A model generated the notes under the pieces. The model did not search any database, was not told the DNA's origin, and worked only from the letters and a program-made list of their open reading frames with translations. Below, in pieces: positions 8,266 through 17,361 of a DNA stretch of 32,000 bases (the stretch's first letter is position 1; each line of letters opens with the position of its first letter). The stretch comes from Stenotrophomonas phage vB_SmaS_Bhz54, in the sequence record OR797041.1; one strand, given 5' to 3'. The position numbers were made by a program, and so were the translations under genes.

Positions 8266-10423
8266 GAAGGTCACCGTCGGGTACAAGTACTACCTAGGCC
8301 TGCACATGATCCTGTGTCACGGGCCGGTAGACAAGGTCACCCGCATCGAGGTGGATGGCAAGACGGCCTGGAGCGGCAACGCGACGGGAGGCCCCATCAC
8401 GGTCAACGCCCCGAACCTTTTCGGTGGGGAGGAGAGGGAGGGAGGGGTCTCCGGCACTGTGGACATCGAGATGGGAGGCCCAACCCAAGGTAAGAACAGT
8501 TATCTGCAGGGGCAGCTCGGGTCTTTGATCCCAGCCTACAGGGGGGTCCTCGGGGTTGTCCTGCGGCAGGTGTACACCGGGCTCAACCCATACCTCAAGC
8601 GGTGGGCGTTCTGGGCTAGTCGGATTCATATCCGTCAAGGCGGGGTCCCTCAATGGTACGACGAGAAGGCCGAGATCAATGGGGACATGAACCCAGCTCA
8701 TATCCTCCGGGAGTGCCTGACGGACCCGGACTGGGGCATGGGGTACCCCGAGGGGGACATCGACGACTCTGCCTTCCGCGCGGCGGCGGACCAGCTGTAC
8801 TCAGAAGGGATGGGCATGTCCCTGCTTTGGGATCGCTCCGTGACCCTCGAGGAGTTTATTCAGGTCATCCTCAAGCACATCGATGCCTCTCTGTTTGTGG
8901 ACCGGTCCACCGGCCGGTTCATCTTGAAGCTGGCCCGAGGCGGGTATAACATCGCTTCCCTGCTGGTGCTGGACGAAGACAGCATAGACCGCATTACGGA
9001 CTTCAAGCGCAATACCATCGGGGAGCTAGTCAATTCAGTAACCGTGGTCTATTGGGACGCCACAACTGGAAAGAACAACTCAGTTACCGTCCAAGATATC
9101 GCCCTCGCTGCCCAGCAACAAGCCACCATCGGGACGACCAAGCAGTTCCCGGGCTTCACCAATGGTACCATTGCTTCCCAAGTCGCGGCCCGCTCCTTGA
9201 GAGCCCTCTCCACCCCCTTGGCTAGTGGGACTATCTACGCCAACCGGAAGGCCGCCTCTCTCAATGTTGGGGACGTCTTCATTCTGACCTGGCCTCGCTT
9301 TGGGATCTCCCAGCTCGTAATGCGGGTAGCTAACATCGAGCTCGGAGCTCTGGAGAGCAACCTCGTCAAGATCCAGGCTATTGAGGACGTTTTCGCCTTA
9401 TCCAACGCGATCTACGCCGCCCCGCCGCCAAGCGGCTGGACGAACCCTAATAGCCCCCCGGCCCCATGCCTCTACCACTGTGTCATTGAGGCCCCGTTCT
9501 GGGAGCTAGTCCAGCGCCTTGGAGAGACGGACGCGCGGTCCCTACCCTCCACCTCAGGCTTCGTGGTGGCCACAGGGGTCCGCCCGTCTGGCGACGCGGG
9601 TAACGCTAAGTTGTACACGAACCCGACTGGGGGCGCATGGGAGGAGGCCGGGACGGTCGATTTCACCCCGACCGCCATGTTAACCGCTGGTGTAGGCCCG
9701 ACCACAACCCTTCTACCGATTGGATCAGGGGTTGATGTCGACATTGTGCAGCCCGGCACCTACGCTTTACTGGGGGCGGAGCTTATCCGCATTGACGCTG
9801 TATCGGATACCACCCTGACGGTGGGCCGCGGGGTCTTGGATACGGTGGCCAGGGCGCATTCTAGCGGGACCCGGGTGTTCTTCCCCGACGCCTATTTCGA
9901 GTCGGACGGGGTGGAGTATGCTACCGGGGAGGTGGCTAGCCTTAGGCTGCTCCCGACCACCGGGCAGGGGACCTTGGATATAGCCTCGGCCCCGACACAG
10001 ACGGTGACTATCGCCTCCAGACATGTGAAGCCCTACCCTCCCGGGCAGTTCCGGATCAATAGCCAGGCCTATCCGGATACCGTCCGAGGGGACCAAGACA
10101 TCATGGTGAGCTGGGCGTACCGCGACCGGCTACAGCAAACGGCCACCCTGATTGATGAGTCCGCCGGGAGCATCGGCCCCGAGGCTGGGACCACCTACAC
10201 TTGCCGCCTGCTGACGGCTGGCGGTTCGGTGCTGGTGACCCACGCCGGGTTGACCGGGGCTTCGGACACCTTCACGCTGGCTGAGATGGGGGCGAACTAC
10301 GGGCGGCTGCGCATCCAGCTGTGGTCAGTCAGGGACGGCGTGCAGAGCCTGCAGATGCATGATTGGGAATTTACTCGTTCCGGCTATGGTGCCGGGTATG
10401 GCTACGCTTACGGAGGTGTGTGA
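8249..10423 (+). CDS. tail tip protein (gpJ / host-specificity-like)
   Basis: 724 aa, GTG start. MGGSSKKVTVGYKYYLGLHMILCHGPVDKVTRIEVDGKTAWSG and ...ECLTDPDWGMGYP...ILKHIDASLFVDRSTGRFILKLARG are typical of GTA/YuA-like tip proteins. Confidence 0.8.
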   Translation: MGGSSKKVTVGYKYYLGLHMILCHGPVDKVTRIEVDGKTAWSGNATGGPITVNAPNLFGGEEREGGVSGTVDIEMGGPTQGKNSYLQGQLGSLIPAYRGVLGVVLRQVYTGLNPYLKRWAFWASRIHIRQGGVPQWYDEKAEINGDMNPAHILRECLTDPDWGMGYPEGDIDDSAFRAAADQLYSEGMGMSLLWDRSVTLEEFIQVILKHIDASLFVDRSTGRFILKLARGGYNIASLLVLDEDSIDRITDFKRNTIGELVNSVTVVYWDATTGKNNSVTVQDIALAAQQQATIGTTKQFPGFTNGTIASQVAARSLRALSTPLASGTIYANRKAASLNVGDVFILTWPRFGISQLVMRVANIELGALESNLVKIQAIEDVFALSNAIYAAPPPSGWTNPNSPPAPCLYHCVIEAPFWELVQRLGETDARSLPSTSGFVVATGVRPSGDAGNAKLYTNPTGGAWEEAGTVDFTPTAMLTAGVGPTTTLLPIGSGVDVDIVQPGTYALLGAELIRIDAVSDTTLTVGRGVLDTVARAHSSGTRVFFPDAYFESDGVEYATGEVASLRLLPTTGQGTLDIASAPTQTVTIASRHVKPYPPGQFRINSQAYPDTVRGDQDIMVSWAYRDRLQQTATLIDESAGSIGPEAGTTYTCRLLTAGGSVLVTHAGLTGASDTFTLAEMGANYGRLRIQLWSVRDGVQSLQMHDWEFTRSGYGAGYGYAYGGV

Positions 10424-10779
10424 TGCCTGCTTCAACTGAACCGCGCTCGGGTCTTAGCTTCGGCTGGAACCTCGGGGAGAATAACTGGAACACCGGCATG
10501 GATGCCAACCTGCTGTCCATCGGCCGGTTCGCCTACCACCTGTCGGTCAAGGACCGGAACCTGGCCACCCCTCCGGGGAGCCCAGCAGCCGGGGACACCT
10601 ACATCGTGGCTGCCGCCCCGACGGGGGCTTGGGCCGGGCACCCCGGCAAGGTCGCTGTCTGGTCTGGCACCGCATGGGTCTTCGGCACCCCACGCATCGG
10701 CTGGGTGGCCTACATCGAAGACGAGGAGGTGCTGTCCGCCTACAAGGCGACCGGCTGGTCAGTCGGGGTCGCGATCTAG
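10423..10779 (+). CDS. DUF2793-like phage protein
   Basis: TGATG overlap with the upstream gene. NLLSIGRFAYHLSVKDRNLATPPGSPAAGDTYIVAAAPTGAWAGHPGKVAVWSGTAWVFGTPRIGWVAYIEDE matches the DUF2793 pattern. Confidence 0.75.
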   Translation: MPASTEPRSGLSFGWNLGENNWNTGMDANLLSIGRFAYHLSVKDRNLATPPGSPAAGDTYIVAAAPTGAWAGHPGKVAVWSGTAWVFGTPRIGWVAYIEDEEVLSAYKATGWSVGVAI

Positions 10780-10807
10780 ATCCGAACCCATCCCGAAGGC
10801 GATGCAC

Positions 10808-11053
10808 TTACCGAGTAGTATCGCCGACGGGATCGAAACCAGCAGGTACAGCAGGATACCCAAGAGCCACGCATTCATCTTTGTACACCTCGTCGTAGTC
10901 GGGCCAGGCGCCCTCTGCCACCATCTTACAATAGTGGTTCTGGTGGAGCACCGCGTCCTCGAAGTCCATGTTCCCGACCCAGCCCACAGCGAGCAGGATC
11001 AGGACGAGGTACCAGAAGGTCGGGCGACGCAGCAAGTCTTTGATCAGGTCCAT
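10808..11053 (-). CDS. small protein with a predicted membrane segment
   Basis: 81 aa, strong RBS GAGGAGG 6 nt before ATG (11053); LLRRPTFWYLVLILLAVGWVGNM hydrophobic stretch. Confidence 0.6.
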   Translation of the reverse strand: MDLIKDLLRRPTFWYLVLILLAVGWVGNMDFEDAVLHQNHYCKMVAEGAWPDYDEVYKDECVALGYPAVPAGFDPVGDTTR

Positions 11054-11064
11054 GGTTACCCTCC

Positions 11065-11217
11065 TCAAACCACAACACGGACTTCATATTCGATGGCGAC
11101 CGCGATCCCTTTACCGGGCTGCGTATACACGTTGCTGTGCTCGAAAATCTTGACAACCTTGCCTTCTGCGCGGAGGCGGCGGGCTTCAATACGAGCGGCT
11201 TTCAGGGTCTTGAACAT
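11065..11217 (-). CDS. small hypothetical protein
   Basis: 50 aa MFKTLKAARIEARRLRAEGKVVKIFEHSNVYTQPGKGIAVAIEYEVRVVV; downstream of a good leftward promoter; RBS AGGAG. Confidence 0.6.
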   Translation of the reverse strand: MFKTLKAARIEARRLRAEGKVVKIFEHSNVYTQPGKGIAVAIEYEVRVVV

Positions 11218-11301
11218 TTGCGTTTCTCCTTTCTGTTGAGGGGCCTTTCCCCTAACCATGATTAGATTATAAGGGAGGTCGTCCAGGAGGGCAACTCTTT
11301 T

Positions 11302-13314
11302 CTACTCCTTGATTGGCTCAACGTGACCCCAGTCAGGCCCGATGTCCCCGTCCGCCCGGACCGGGATGCGGAGGGGGAGGGCCGTCTCCATGATGTGCTT
11401 CATTTCCCGGAAGGCTTCGTCCTTCCCACCTGGATCGCTGAAGTCCAGCTCATCGTGGACGGTCAGGCGCGGGATACCGGTCTCGTCGAAGACCCCGTCC
11501 CGATAGCACTTGAGCATGGCGACCTTCATCAGGTCCGCCGCGGAGCCCTGCAGGCGCCGGTTCAGGGCTTTGTGGGTGTAAGCCCGGCGGATGGACCCGT
11601 ACCGGAGGATAGCCTGCTCGTAGGGTAGGGCAATGGTGTCATCGCCCCACTTTGAGGGCTCCCACAGGTCGAAGCGGCTACGGCGCCCGAGGATTGTGGT
11701 TATAATCCCCGACTGCTGGGCCTCCTCTGCGCAGGCATCCATGGTGGCCTTTGCAAACGGGACGCCCTTGTGGTAGGCCGAGAACAGCGCCTTGCCTTCG
11801 GCCTTGGTCAACCCGAGGTCCCCTGCCAGCTTGTCCACCCCCATGCCGTAGATCAGGCCGAAGTTGATGTTCTTGATCGGCCGGCGCCAATGCTTCCGGA
11901 GATCCTTAGTGGAGATGTCCCACCCGGCCTGCGGGGCCACTAGGTCAAGGGCCATCTCGTGGTAGTCGGTGTCCGGATGGGCGTTGAAGTGAGCCCGCAC
12001 GCCGTCACTACCTGGCCCGCAAGCATAGTGGATCAGGAAGCGGTATTCGATCTGGCTGTAGTCGTACTTCCGCCAAGCGACATGGCCTTCGTCCGGGATG
12101 AAGAGTCCCCGGATCAAAGGGGCCAGCTCGTCGTCCCGGCTCGGGATGTTCTGCAGGTTCGGGGTGCTGGAGCTAAAGCGTCCAGACCGGGTGCCGGTGC
12201 TATCCCCGCGGAGCGGGTGGAACTGCCCGTAGACCATCCCGTCGATATGGGAGTTCAGGATGTAGGACTCGATGAAGGTCCCCCGCAGCTTGTCGCACTT
12301 CCGGATCTCCCGGATGCAATCCGCCAGCGGGTGCTTGAGCCCCTCGAGGAACCCCTTCGTGAAGCTTGGCTTCCCCTTGGCCGTCCGGCCGTATCCAAGG
12401 CCGATGGTATCGAAGGCCCGGGCCAAGCTGTCAGCGGAGTTGATGTCGACATCGAAGCCGGCCAGGTGCCTGAGCTTCTTGTGCTCCTCCTTCGCCCGCT
12501 CAGCCAGGACCTCCCGGAGCTCCTCCGCCCGGGCCACGTTGACGCGGACCCCAGCGAAGCGCATATCGATCAGCATCGGAATGAGGGCGCACTCCATCTG
12601 GAACAGGTGGAAGAGCCCCTCCCGAACCAGGAGCGGGTATACGGCGCTGGCCACACGCAGCGGTAGGTCGGCGTCGCTCTCTGCGTAGGGGCCAGCCAGC
12701 CGGGGCGGGGTGCGGTAGATGTTTGCACGCTGCCGGTCGTTGGCCTTGCCCCCGTAGTACTTGGCGCACCAGTCGTAGAGGAGGTTTGACTCCTTGCCTT
12801 CTCCGAGGTACTTCTGGCCAAGGGTCTCCAGGTTCACATCGGCCCGCTCGTCCAGCAAGGCCTCGGCGAATTGCACGTCAACCAGCTCGCCACGGACGGT
12901 AACCCCCTCGTGGCGGAGCCAGCCAATGTCATATAGGAGGTTGGCCCCGACCTTGGGCTGGCGGGGGTTACCGAGGGTGTGGCGGAGCCATTGGAGGACC
13001 ACCTCTGGGTCCCAGTTGTCCTGCGGTTCCACCTCGTGGCGGATGGGGAAGTACCACCGGCCCCCTCCATCGGCCCCGATGGAGACCCCGACGATATGGC
13101 CCTTGCCACGAGCCCAGCCGGGGCCGTGGGTCAGGAGGTCCGGGTCATAGGTTTCGCAGTCAATCGAGATACAGGCCGCCCCGGAGAGGTCTGGTAGGTA
13201 GGTCGGTGGGCGCCAGCCAGTATCCGGGATGGGTGGCATGATGCGGACGGTCTCCCGCTTGCCTGACTTGACCGGGACATCCTCCCAGAACATACCGATG
13301 GCATCAAACCTCAT
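11302..13314 (-). CDS. DNA polymerase, family A, with 3'-5' exonuclease domain
   Basis: 670 aa from MRFDAIGMF. Exo motif SIDCETY; polymerase motifs KYDYSQIEYRFLIHYA, RRPIKNINFGLIYGMG and LTVHDELDF. ATGA overlap with the clamp gene. Confidence 0.93.
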   Translation of the reverse strand: MRFDAIGMFWEDVPVKSGKRETVRIMPPIPDTGWRPPTYLPDLSGAACISIDCETYDPDLLTHGPGWARGKGHIVGVSIGADGGGRWYFPIRHEVEPQDNWDPEVVLQWLRHTLGNPRQPKVGANLLYDIGWLRHEGVTVRGELVDVQFAEALLDERADVNLETLGQKYLGEGKESNLLYDWCAKYYGGKANDRQRANIYRTPPRLAGPYAESDADLPLRVASAVYPLLVREGLFHLFQMECALIPMLIDMRFAGVRVNVARAEELREVLAERAKEEHKKLRHLAGFDVDINSADSLARAFDTIGLGYGRTAKGKPSFTKGFLEGLKHPLADCIREIRKCDKLRGTFIESYILNSHIDGMVYGQFHPLRGDSTGTRSGRFSSSTPNLQNIPSRDDELAPLIRGLFIPDEGHVAWRKYDYSQIEYRFLIHYACGPGSDGVRAHFNAHPDTDYHEMALDLVAPQAGWDISTKDLRKHWRRPIKNINFGLIYGMGVDKLAGDLGLTKAEGKALFSAYHKGVPFAKATMDACAEEAQQSGIITTILGRRSRFDLWEPSKWGDDTIALPYEQAILRYGSIRRAYTHKALNRRLQGSAADLMKVAMLKCYRDGVFDETGIPRLTVHDELDFSDPGGKDEAFREMKHIMETALPLRIPVRADGDIGPDWGHVEPIKE

Positions 13315-14261
13315 CCCCGCATCCCCACGATCGCGCCGCGGACACGGTCCCCGTAAAACAGGCATGGGGCCGGGTACTGGCTCAGGTCGATGGTCTCCGC
13401 TATGGCCTCGAGGAGCTGGAGCTGTTTAATATGGTAGATGCCCTGCTCGGGGAGGCCCGCCAGATCAACCGAGGCGCCGAGCCCGTCAGCAGGGGTTGTG
13501 GCCATACGGGTGTTGAGGAAGAAGGCCCGCTCCAGGTCATCCGCGAATGGGAGCAGGTCCCCGAGCGCCTCAAAGAAGCCCTCCGGGAATGGCTGCTGGG
13601 TGGAGTCCCGGTCCAGGACCTTGGCCATGTCCGGCCACTGGGTCGAATAGGTCTGGGTGCGGAGCCAGCGCCCCGAGGCGTAGTGGAAGGTCACGCTATT
13701 CTCGCAGACCTGGACCTTGGTAGGCTCTTCTCCAATTCGGATGAGCTCCTGCACCGCTGGTTTCGGGATGTTGACCTCGACTGGGAAGTTGTAGCCGAGC
13801 CAGTACTCCACCAGCGTCACGTTGTTTGTTGCGAAGGCCGAAGGGCCACGAAACATGATGCCGCGCGCCCACTGGCGGGAGGCGTCGTCCGCGATGAATG
13901 GGTTGAGCTTCTTCAGGGCCTTGAGCAAGGTCCCATCCAGCTCCAGGACCTCCCCCTCCGGTTGGACATCAGGGTAGGCCTCGTCGATGCAGTCCACAAA
14001 GGCCTTGAAAGAGCCGCTCTTGATGGACAGGCGCCCGGCTGGGGTCATGTTGAGCTGGACGGTATCCTTGCAGGTGGCGATGGCCTTGATGAATGGGGTT
14101 GCCTTCGGGGTGACCTCGAGGTCCAGGTCAATCGGGCTGCATAGGGCAAGGCTACCGTTGTAACCCTTGATGAAGCCGCCCGAGATGTGGAAGTGGGTCA
14201 GCGCCTGGACGAAGTCCTTCTTGGCGACTGCCCCCTGAACGAATTTAAGGGCATCAAGCAT
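13311..14261 (-). CDS. sliding clamp-like protein (DNA polymerase III beta-like processivity factor)
   Basis: 316 aa from MLDALKFVQGAV. GRLSIKSGSFKAFVDCIDEAYPDVQPEG resembles the beta-clamp '..GRSRFSLSTLPAEDFPNL' segment; ARGIMFRGPSAFATNNVTLVEYWL resembles '..NGMLFE...ATDGHRLA'. Adjacent to the polymerase gene. Confidence 0.72.
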   Translation of the reverse strand: MLDALKFVQGAVAKKDFVQALTHFHISGGFIKGYNGSLALCSPIDLDLEVTPKATPFIKAIATCKDTVQLNMTPAGRLSIKSGSFKAFVDCIDEAYPDVQPEGEVLELDGTLLKALKKLNPFIADDASRQWARGIMFRGPSAFATNNVTLVEYWLGYNFPVEVNIPKPAVQELIRIGEEPTKVQVCENSVTFHYASGRWLRTQTYSTQWPDMAKVLDRDSTQQPFPEGFFEALGDLLPFADDLERAFFLNTRMATTPADGLGASVDLAGLPEQGIYHIKQLQLLEAIAETIDLSQYPAPCLFYGDRVRGAIVGMRG

Positions 14262-15181
14262 TAAAACAACTCCATCTGCTCGTTCTGGAAGGTGCCGGGC
14301 ATGGTGTTGAGCAGATTCTCGTTGATGTAGGTAAAGGCCCAGCAGTTGTAGGTCCACCTGCTGACGTACTCCACCTGGAGGCGCTCAATATCAAACCCCT
14401 GCTCCGTGATTCGTTTGACCAGCCCCTCCCGCTGGAGGTCTGGGATCGTGTTTAGGTGCCGGTTGTGCTGCTTGGCCGACGGGCTGTTCGGGGACACCGG
14501 CATGGCCCCCAAACCTGGAACTAGTATATTTCCGTTCGCCGCGATCTGCACCCACGAAGATGAGTCAACGGAGAACCAAGGGTACCGCTCCATCAGGGAC
14601 TGGGTCGTAAGGCCGAAGCCGTGGACCTTGAGGCGAGGGCGGCCGGACCCATCGGTCAGGTACTTGTCCCAGATGCGGTCCAGCCAATGGAATAGCTGCG
14701 GGGTGGAGATGGGTACCATACCGCCCAGCGTGATGTAGTCATAGTTCTCGATGTACCACTCCAGGTACCGCTCGTCCTCCCCGTAGTGGAAGCAGGGGAG
14801 GGGGCGGACCCCCATCTGCTCCATAGCCATCTGATTCTGCCAGGTCTTGAGGGGGTCGCCGATACCGTCGAGGACCGAGGCGCACAGCGCCCCGTCCACG
14901 TTTTCGATGATGTCCAGGTTGCGCTTGATGTAATCGCAGTACCCGCGGATATCCACATCGACGCCCTTGGTGAAGGCCGAGAACGCCCCGGAGTCCAGAA
15001 ACACCTTGACCCCATCGGCCCTGATCTTATCGACGTAGGCCTGCTTGTGGATATAGTGGTAGGACTCCAGGTAGTACCGGACCCCATCCCGGGCGGCCTT
15101 CTCGCGCTCCGTCAAGCGGGCGTAGAGCTGGCTCTCCTTGTGGAAGTTCGAGGTGTAGATACCCGCGAGATACAGCTTCAT
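14261..15181 (-). CDS. dpdA: DpdA-like 7-deazaguanine DNA transglycosylase (TGT superfamily)
   Basis: 306 aa from MKLYLAGIYTSN, TAATG overlap with the upstream FolE gene. VFLDSGAFSAF, ASVLDGIGDPLKTWQNQ, TLGGMVPI and HGFGL...SVDSSSWV match the phage DpdA/TGT-like family; it sits in an operon with preQ0 genes. Confidence 0.88.
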   Translation of the reverse strand: MKLYLAGIYTSNFHKESQLYARLTEREKAARDGVRYYLESYHYIHKQAYVDKIRADGVKVFLDSGAFSAFTKGVDVDIRGYCDYIKRNLDIIENVDGALCASVLDGIGDPLKTWQNQMAMEQMGVRPLPCFHYGEDERYLEWYIENYDYITLGGMVPISTPQLFHWLDRIWDKYLTDGSGRPRLKVHGFGLTTQSLMERYPWFSVDSSSWVQIAANGNILVPGLGAMPVSPNSPSAKQHNRHLNTIPDLQREGLVKRITEQGFDIERLQVEYVSRWTYNCWAFTYINENLLNTMPGTFQNEQMELF

Positions 15182-16074
15182 TACTTGGCCAGCTCCATGA
15201 ACTCGGCGCGGGCCTCCGGCTTGTCCTTCAGGACGCCACGGAGCGCGCTGGTGATGGTGTGGTGCCCCTGCTGGCAGATGCCACGGGATTCCATGCACAG
15301 GTGGCGGGCGCGGACAATCACCCCGACCCCCTTCGGCTGCAGGTGCTCCTCTAGCGCGTCGGCGATCTGATTGGTGAGCCGCTCCTGGACCTGGAGCCGA
15401 CGGGCGAACATGTCCGCCAAGCGGGAGAGCTTGGACAGCCCGACGATCTTACCGTTCGGGATGTAGGCGATGGTCACCGTCCCGAAGATGTCGGCCAGGT
15501 GGTGCTCACACTTGGAGTAGATGGGGATGTCCTTGACGATCACCATCTCGTCGCACTTCTCGGCGCCGTCTTCGAACACCTTGAGGATGTCCGCGGCATT
15601 CTTGCCATACCCGCTGCACCAGTGGCCCCAAGCTTTGGCCACACGGCGAGGGGTCTCCAGCAGGCCGCCGCGTTCCGGGTCCTCGCCGACGAACTGGAGC
15701 AGGCGCTTGATGTTGTCCTCGATACCACCCTCGGCGGTCTCCTCCCACGGGAAGACCACCCAGCGGTCGCTGAACTCCGAGCCTTCCCGGGTCTTGTCGA
15801 TCAGGGAGAAGAATGGCTTGCCCGGATACTCATCGCACCAGCGCTGCATGGTATCACCGGAATCGATGATGTCGTCGATGAACAGCTCGGCCTCCGCAGG
15901 GTCATCCACCAGCTGCAAGTTGCCGTGGTGGGCAATCACCGCAAGGGCCGCCGGTACCCCACCGCGGGGGATGGCATAGGCCTTGGTGGCTTCCGGCAGC
16001 AGGGAGGCGATGCTGTTGGAGGTGGCGAGGGCCAGGAGGGAGACCATCTTGTTGGTCAGGATGTGCTTCGACAT
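15181..16074 (-). CDS. folE: fusion of a phosphoribosyltransferase-like domain with GTP cyclohydrolase I
   Basis: N-terminal PRTase motif AELFIDDIIDSGDTMQRW. C-terminal FolE: ETPRRVAKAW, IPIYSKCEHHLADIFGTVTIAYIPNGKIVGLSKLSRLADMFARRLQVQERLTNQIADALEEHLQPKGVGVIVRARHLCMESRGI. A start at 16089 is also possible. Confidence 0.9.
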   Translation of the reverse strand: MSKHILTNKMVSLLALATSNSIASLLPEATKAYAIPRGGVPAALAVIAHHGNLQLVDDPAEAELFIDDIIDSGDTMQRWCDEYPGKPFFSLIDKTREGSEFSDRWVVFPWEETAEGGIEDNIKRLLQFVGEDPERGGLLETPRRVAKAWGHWCSGYGKNAADILKVFEDGAEKCDEMVIVKDIPIYSKCEHHLADIFGTVTIAYIPNGKIVGLSKLSRLADMFARRLQVQERLTNQIADALEEHLQPKGVGVIVRARHLCMESRGICQQGHHTITSALRGVLKDKPEARAEFMELAK

Positions 16075-16078
16075 GTGT

Positions 16079-16507
16079 TCAGGCTCCATAAGAGGCGAAG
16101 CACTTCATGGTCTCCTCGACCATGACTTCGCTGAGTTTGATTCCGGTGCCGGCCAGCTGGGCCGGGCCGACGACTTCCACGAGGTGCTGAGCGATGTTCT
16201 CAGCCGTCGGGTTGAATGGGACAACCACCACGGTCGGGTCCAGCTCCAGGAGGTAGGACTTCATCGGGTCTTCTTCCCAGATGAGGAAGTGGTGATCCCA
16301 ATGCTCCTCGATCCACATGCAGAGCTTGGCCTTGACCTGGCTGAAGTCAATGACCCGGCCGACCCCGTCCAGCGCCCCGTCCTCGGCGACGCAGGTGAAG
16401 TGGACGCGGTAGTTGTGGCCATGCAGGTGGCGGCACTTGCCCTCGTGTCCGTGGACGCGGTGCCCGCAGGAGATGTCATGGTAACGGTGAACCTTGTAGC
16501 CAGCCAT
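16079..16507 (-). CDS. queD: 6-carboxy-tetrahydropterin synthase QueD
   Basis: 142 aa from MAGYKVHRYHDISCGHRVHGHEGKCRHLHGHNYRVHFTC; HLHGHNY motif, MVIDFSQ-like GRVIDFSQVK, DHHFLI, PTAENIA, VEE. The track ORF (16079..16903) over-extends upstream. Confidence 0.92.
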   Translation of the reverse strand: MAGYKVHRYHDISCGHRVHGHEGKCRHLHGHNYRVHFTCVAEDGALDGVGRVIDFSQVKAKLCMWIEEHWDHHFLIWEEDPMKSYLLELDPTVVVVPFNPTAENIAQHLVEVVGPAQLAGTGIKLSEVMVEETMKCFASYGA

Positions 16508-16509
16508 GA

Positions 16510-17361
16510 TTATACCTCCAGCCAGTTGTCGAGGGCCAGCAGCTCGAGGTACTTCTCGACCACCTCCGGCGCATAGTTCGGGGAGTCCGGCAGGTCCATG
16601 AGGCCCTCGGTGAAGGCACGCAGCACCAGCGGGTCCGGCACATTGGCCTCTTCGAAGCCCTTGGCCCGGAGCAGGGTGGCGTGGTCGTGGCCCACGGGCG
16701 GGTAAGCCCCGTCGTAGCTGGTGTGGGTCCAGGCCAGCGCGGCGTAGCAACCCGGCAGGGTCAGGGCCAGCTCCACGGTGGCCTTCTTGGTCAGGCGCAT
16801 CAGCGGGGTCAGGATGGCCAGCGAGGCGGGGGCGCCGTCTTCGCCGGTAAAGGTCCCGAGGTTGCAGGCGTGGGCCAGCGCGTGGATGAAGGCCGATCGG
16901 CAATCCGGGTAGCCGCCGTAGTCCTCCTCGCAGACCCCGGTCACCAGCGCCTCGGCGTTGTGGATGTAGGCCCGGTTCGCCGCGATGGTCAGGAACATCT
17001 GGTTGCGCATCGGGACAAAGGTCTTCTCGAGCCCGCCCGGCAGCGACTGGTGGTCAGCGTATTGCTCCAGCGCGTTGTCCGAGACCAGCGGGGAGGTCCC
17101 CTTGAGCACCGGCCCCATCGTGATGATCTCGTGGGACAGGACGCCGGCCAGCTTGGCTACCTTGGCCGCGGCCTCGATCTCGCGTGCATGGCGCTGGTTG
17201 TAGTCAAAGGTTACCGCATGCACTTCGAAGCCCAAGTCGCGAGCCCAGAAGAGGCAAGTGGTCGAATCCTGGCCACCGGACAGGACAACGATGGCGACAG
17301 GCACTTCGGAACGGGTGCGCTTGCGCTCCCCTTCGAACAGTTCCAACTGTTGCTCACTCAT
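16510..17361 (-). CDS. queC: 7-cyano-7-deazaguanine synthase QueC with an N-terminal extension
   Basis: VLSGGQDSTTCLFWA ATP-binding motif, VTFDYNQRHAREIEAA, FVPMRNQMFLTIAANRAY, GVCEEDYGGYPDCR, TPLMRLTKKATVELA. ~20 extra residues (MSEQQLELFEGERKRTRSE) precede the domain. Confidence 0.94.
   Translation of the reverse strand: MSEQQLELFEGERKRTRSEVPVAIVVLSGGQDSTTCLFWARDLGFEVHAVTFDYNQRHAREIEAAAKVAKLAGVLSHEIITMGPVLKGTSPLVSDNALEQYADHQSLPGGLEKTFVPMRNQMFLTIAANRAYIHNAEALVTGVCEEDYGGYPDCRSAFIHALAHACNLGTFTGEDGAPASLAILTPLMRLTKKATVELALTLPGCYAALAWTHTSYDGAYPPVGHDHATLLRAKGFEEANVPDPLVLRAFTEGLMDLPDSPNYAPEVVEKYLELLALDNWLEV

Noticed and set aside
15182-15298. N-terminal 39-residue extension of the DpdA track ORF
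   Set aside because: It overlaps the conserved C-terminus of FolE in another frame; the TAATG overlap start at 15181 fits better.
15499-16125. 208-aa rightward ORF opposite the PRTase-FolE gene
   Set aside because: Antisense to two recognisable enzymatic domains; no independent support.
16508-16903. N-terminal extension of the QueD track ORF (upstream to 16903)
   Set aside because: It overlaps queC and reads as low-complexity sequence; the conserved QueD protein starts at 16507 (MAGYKVHRY).
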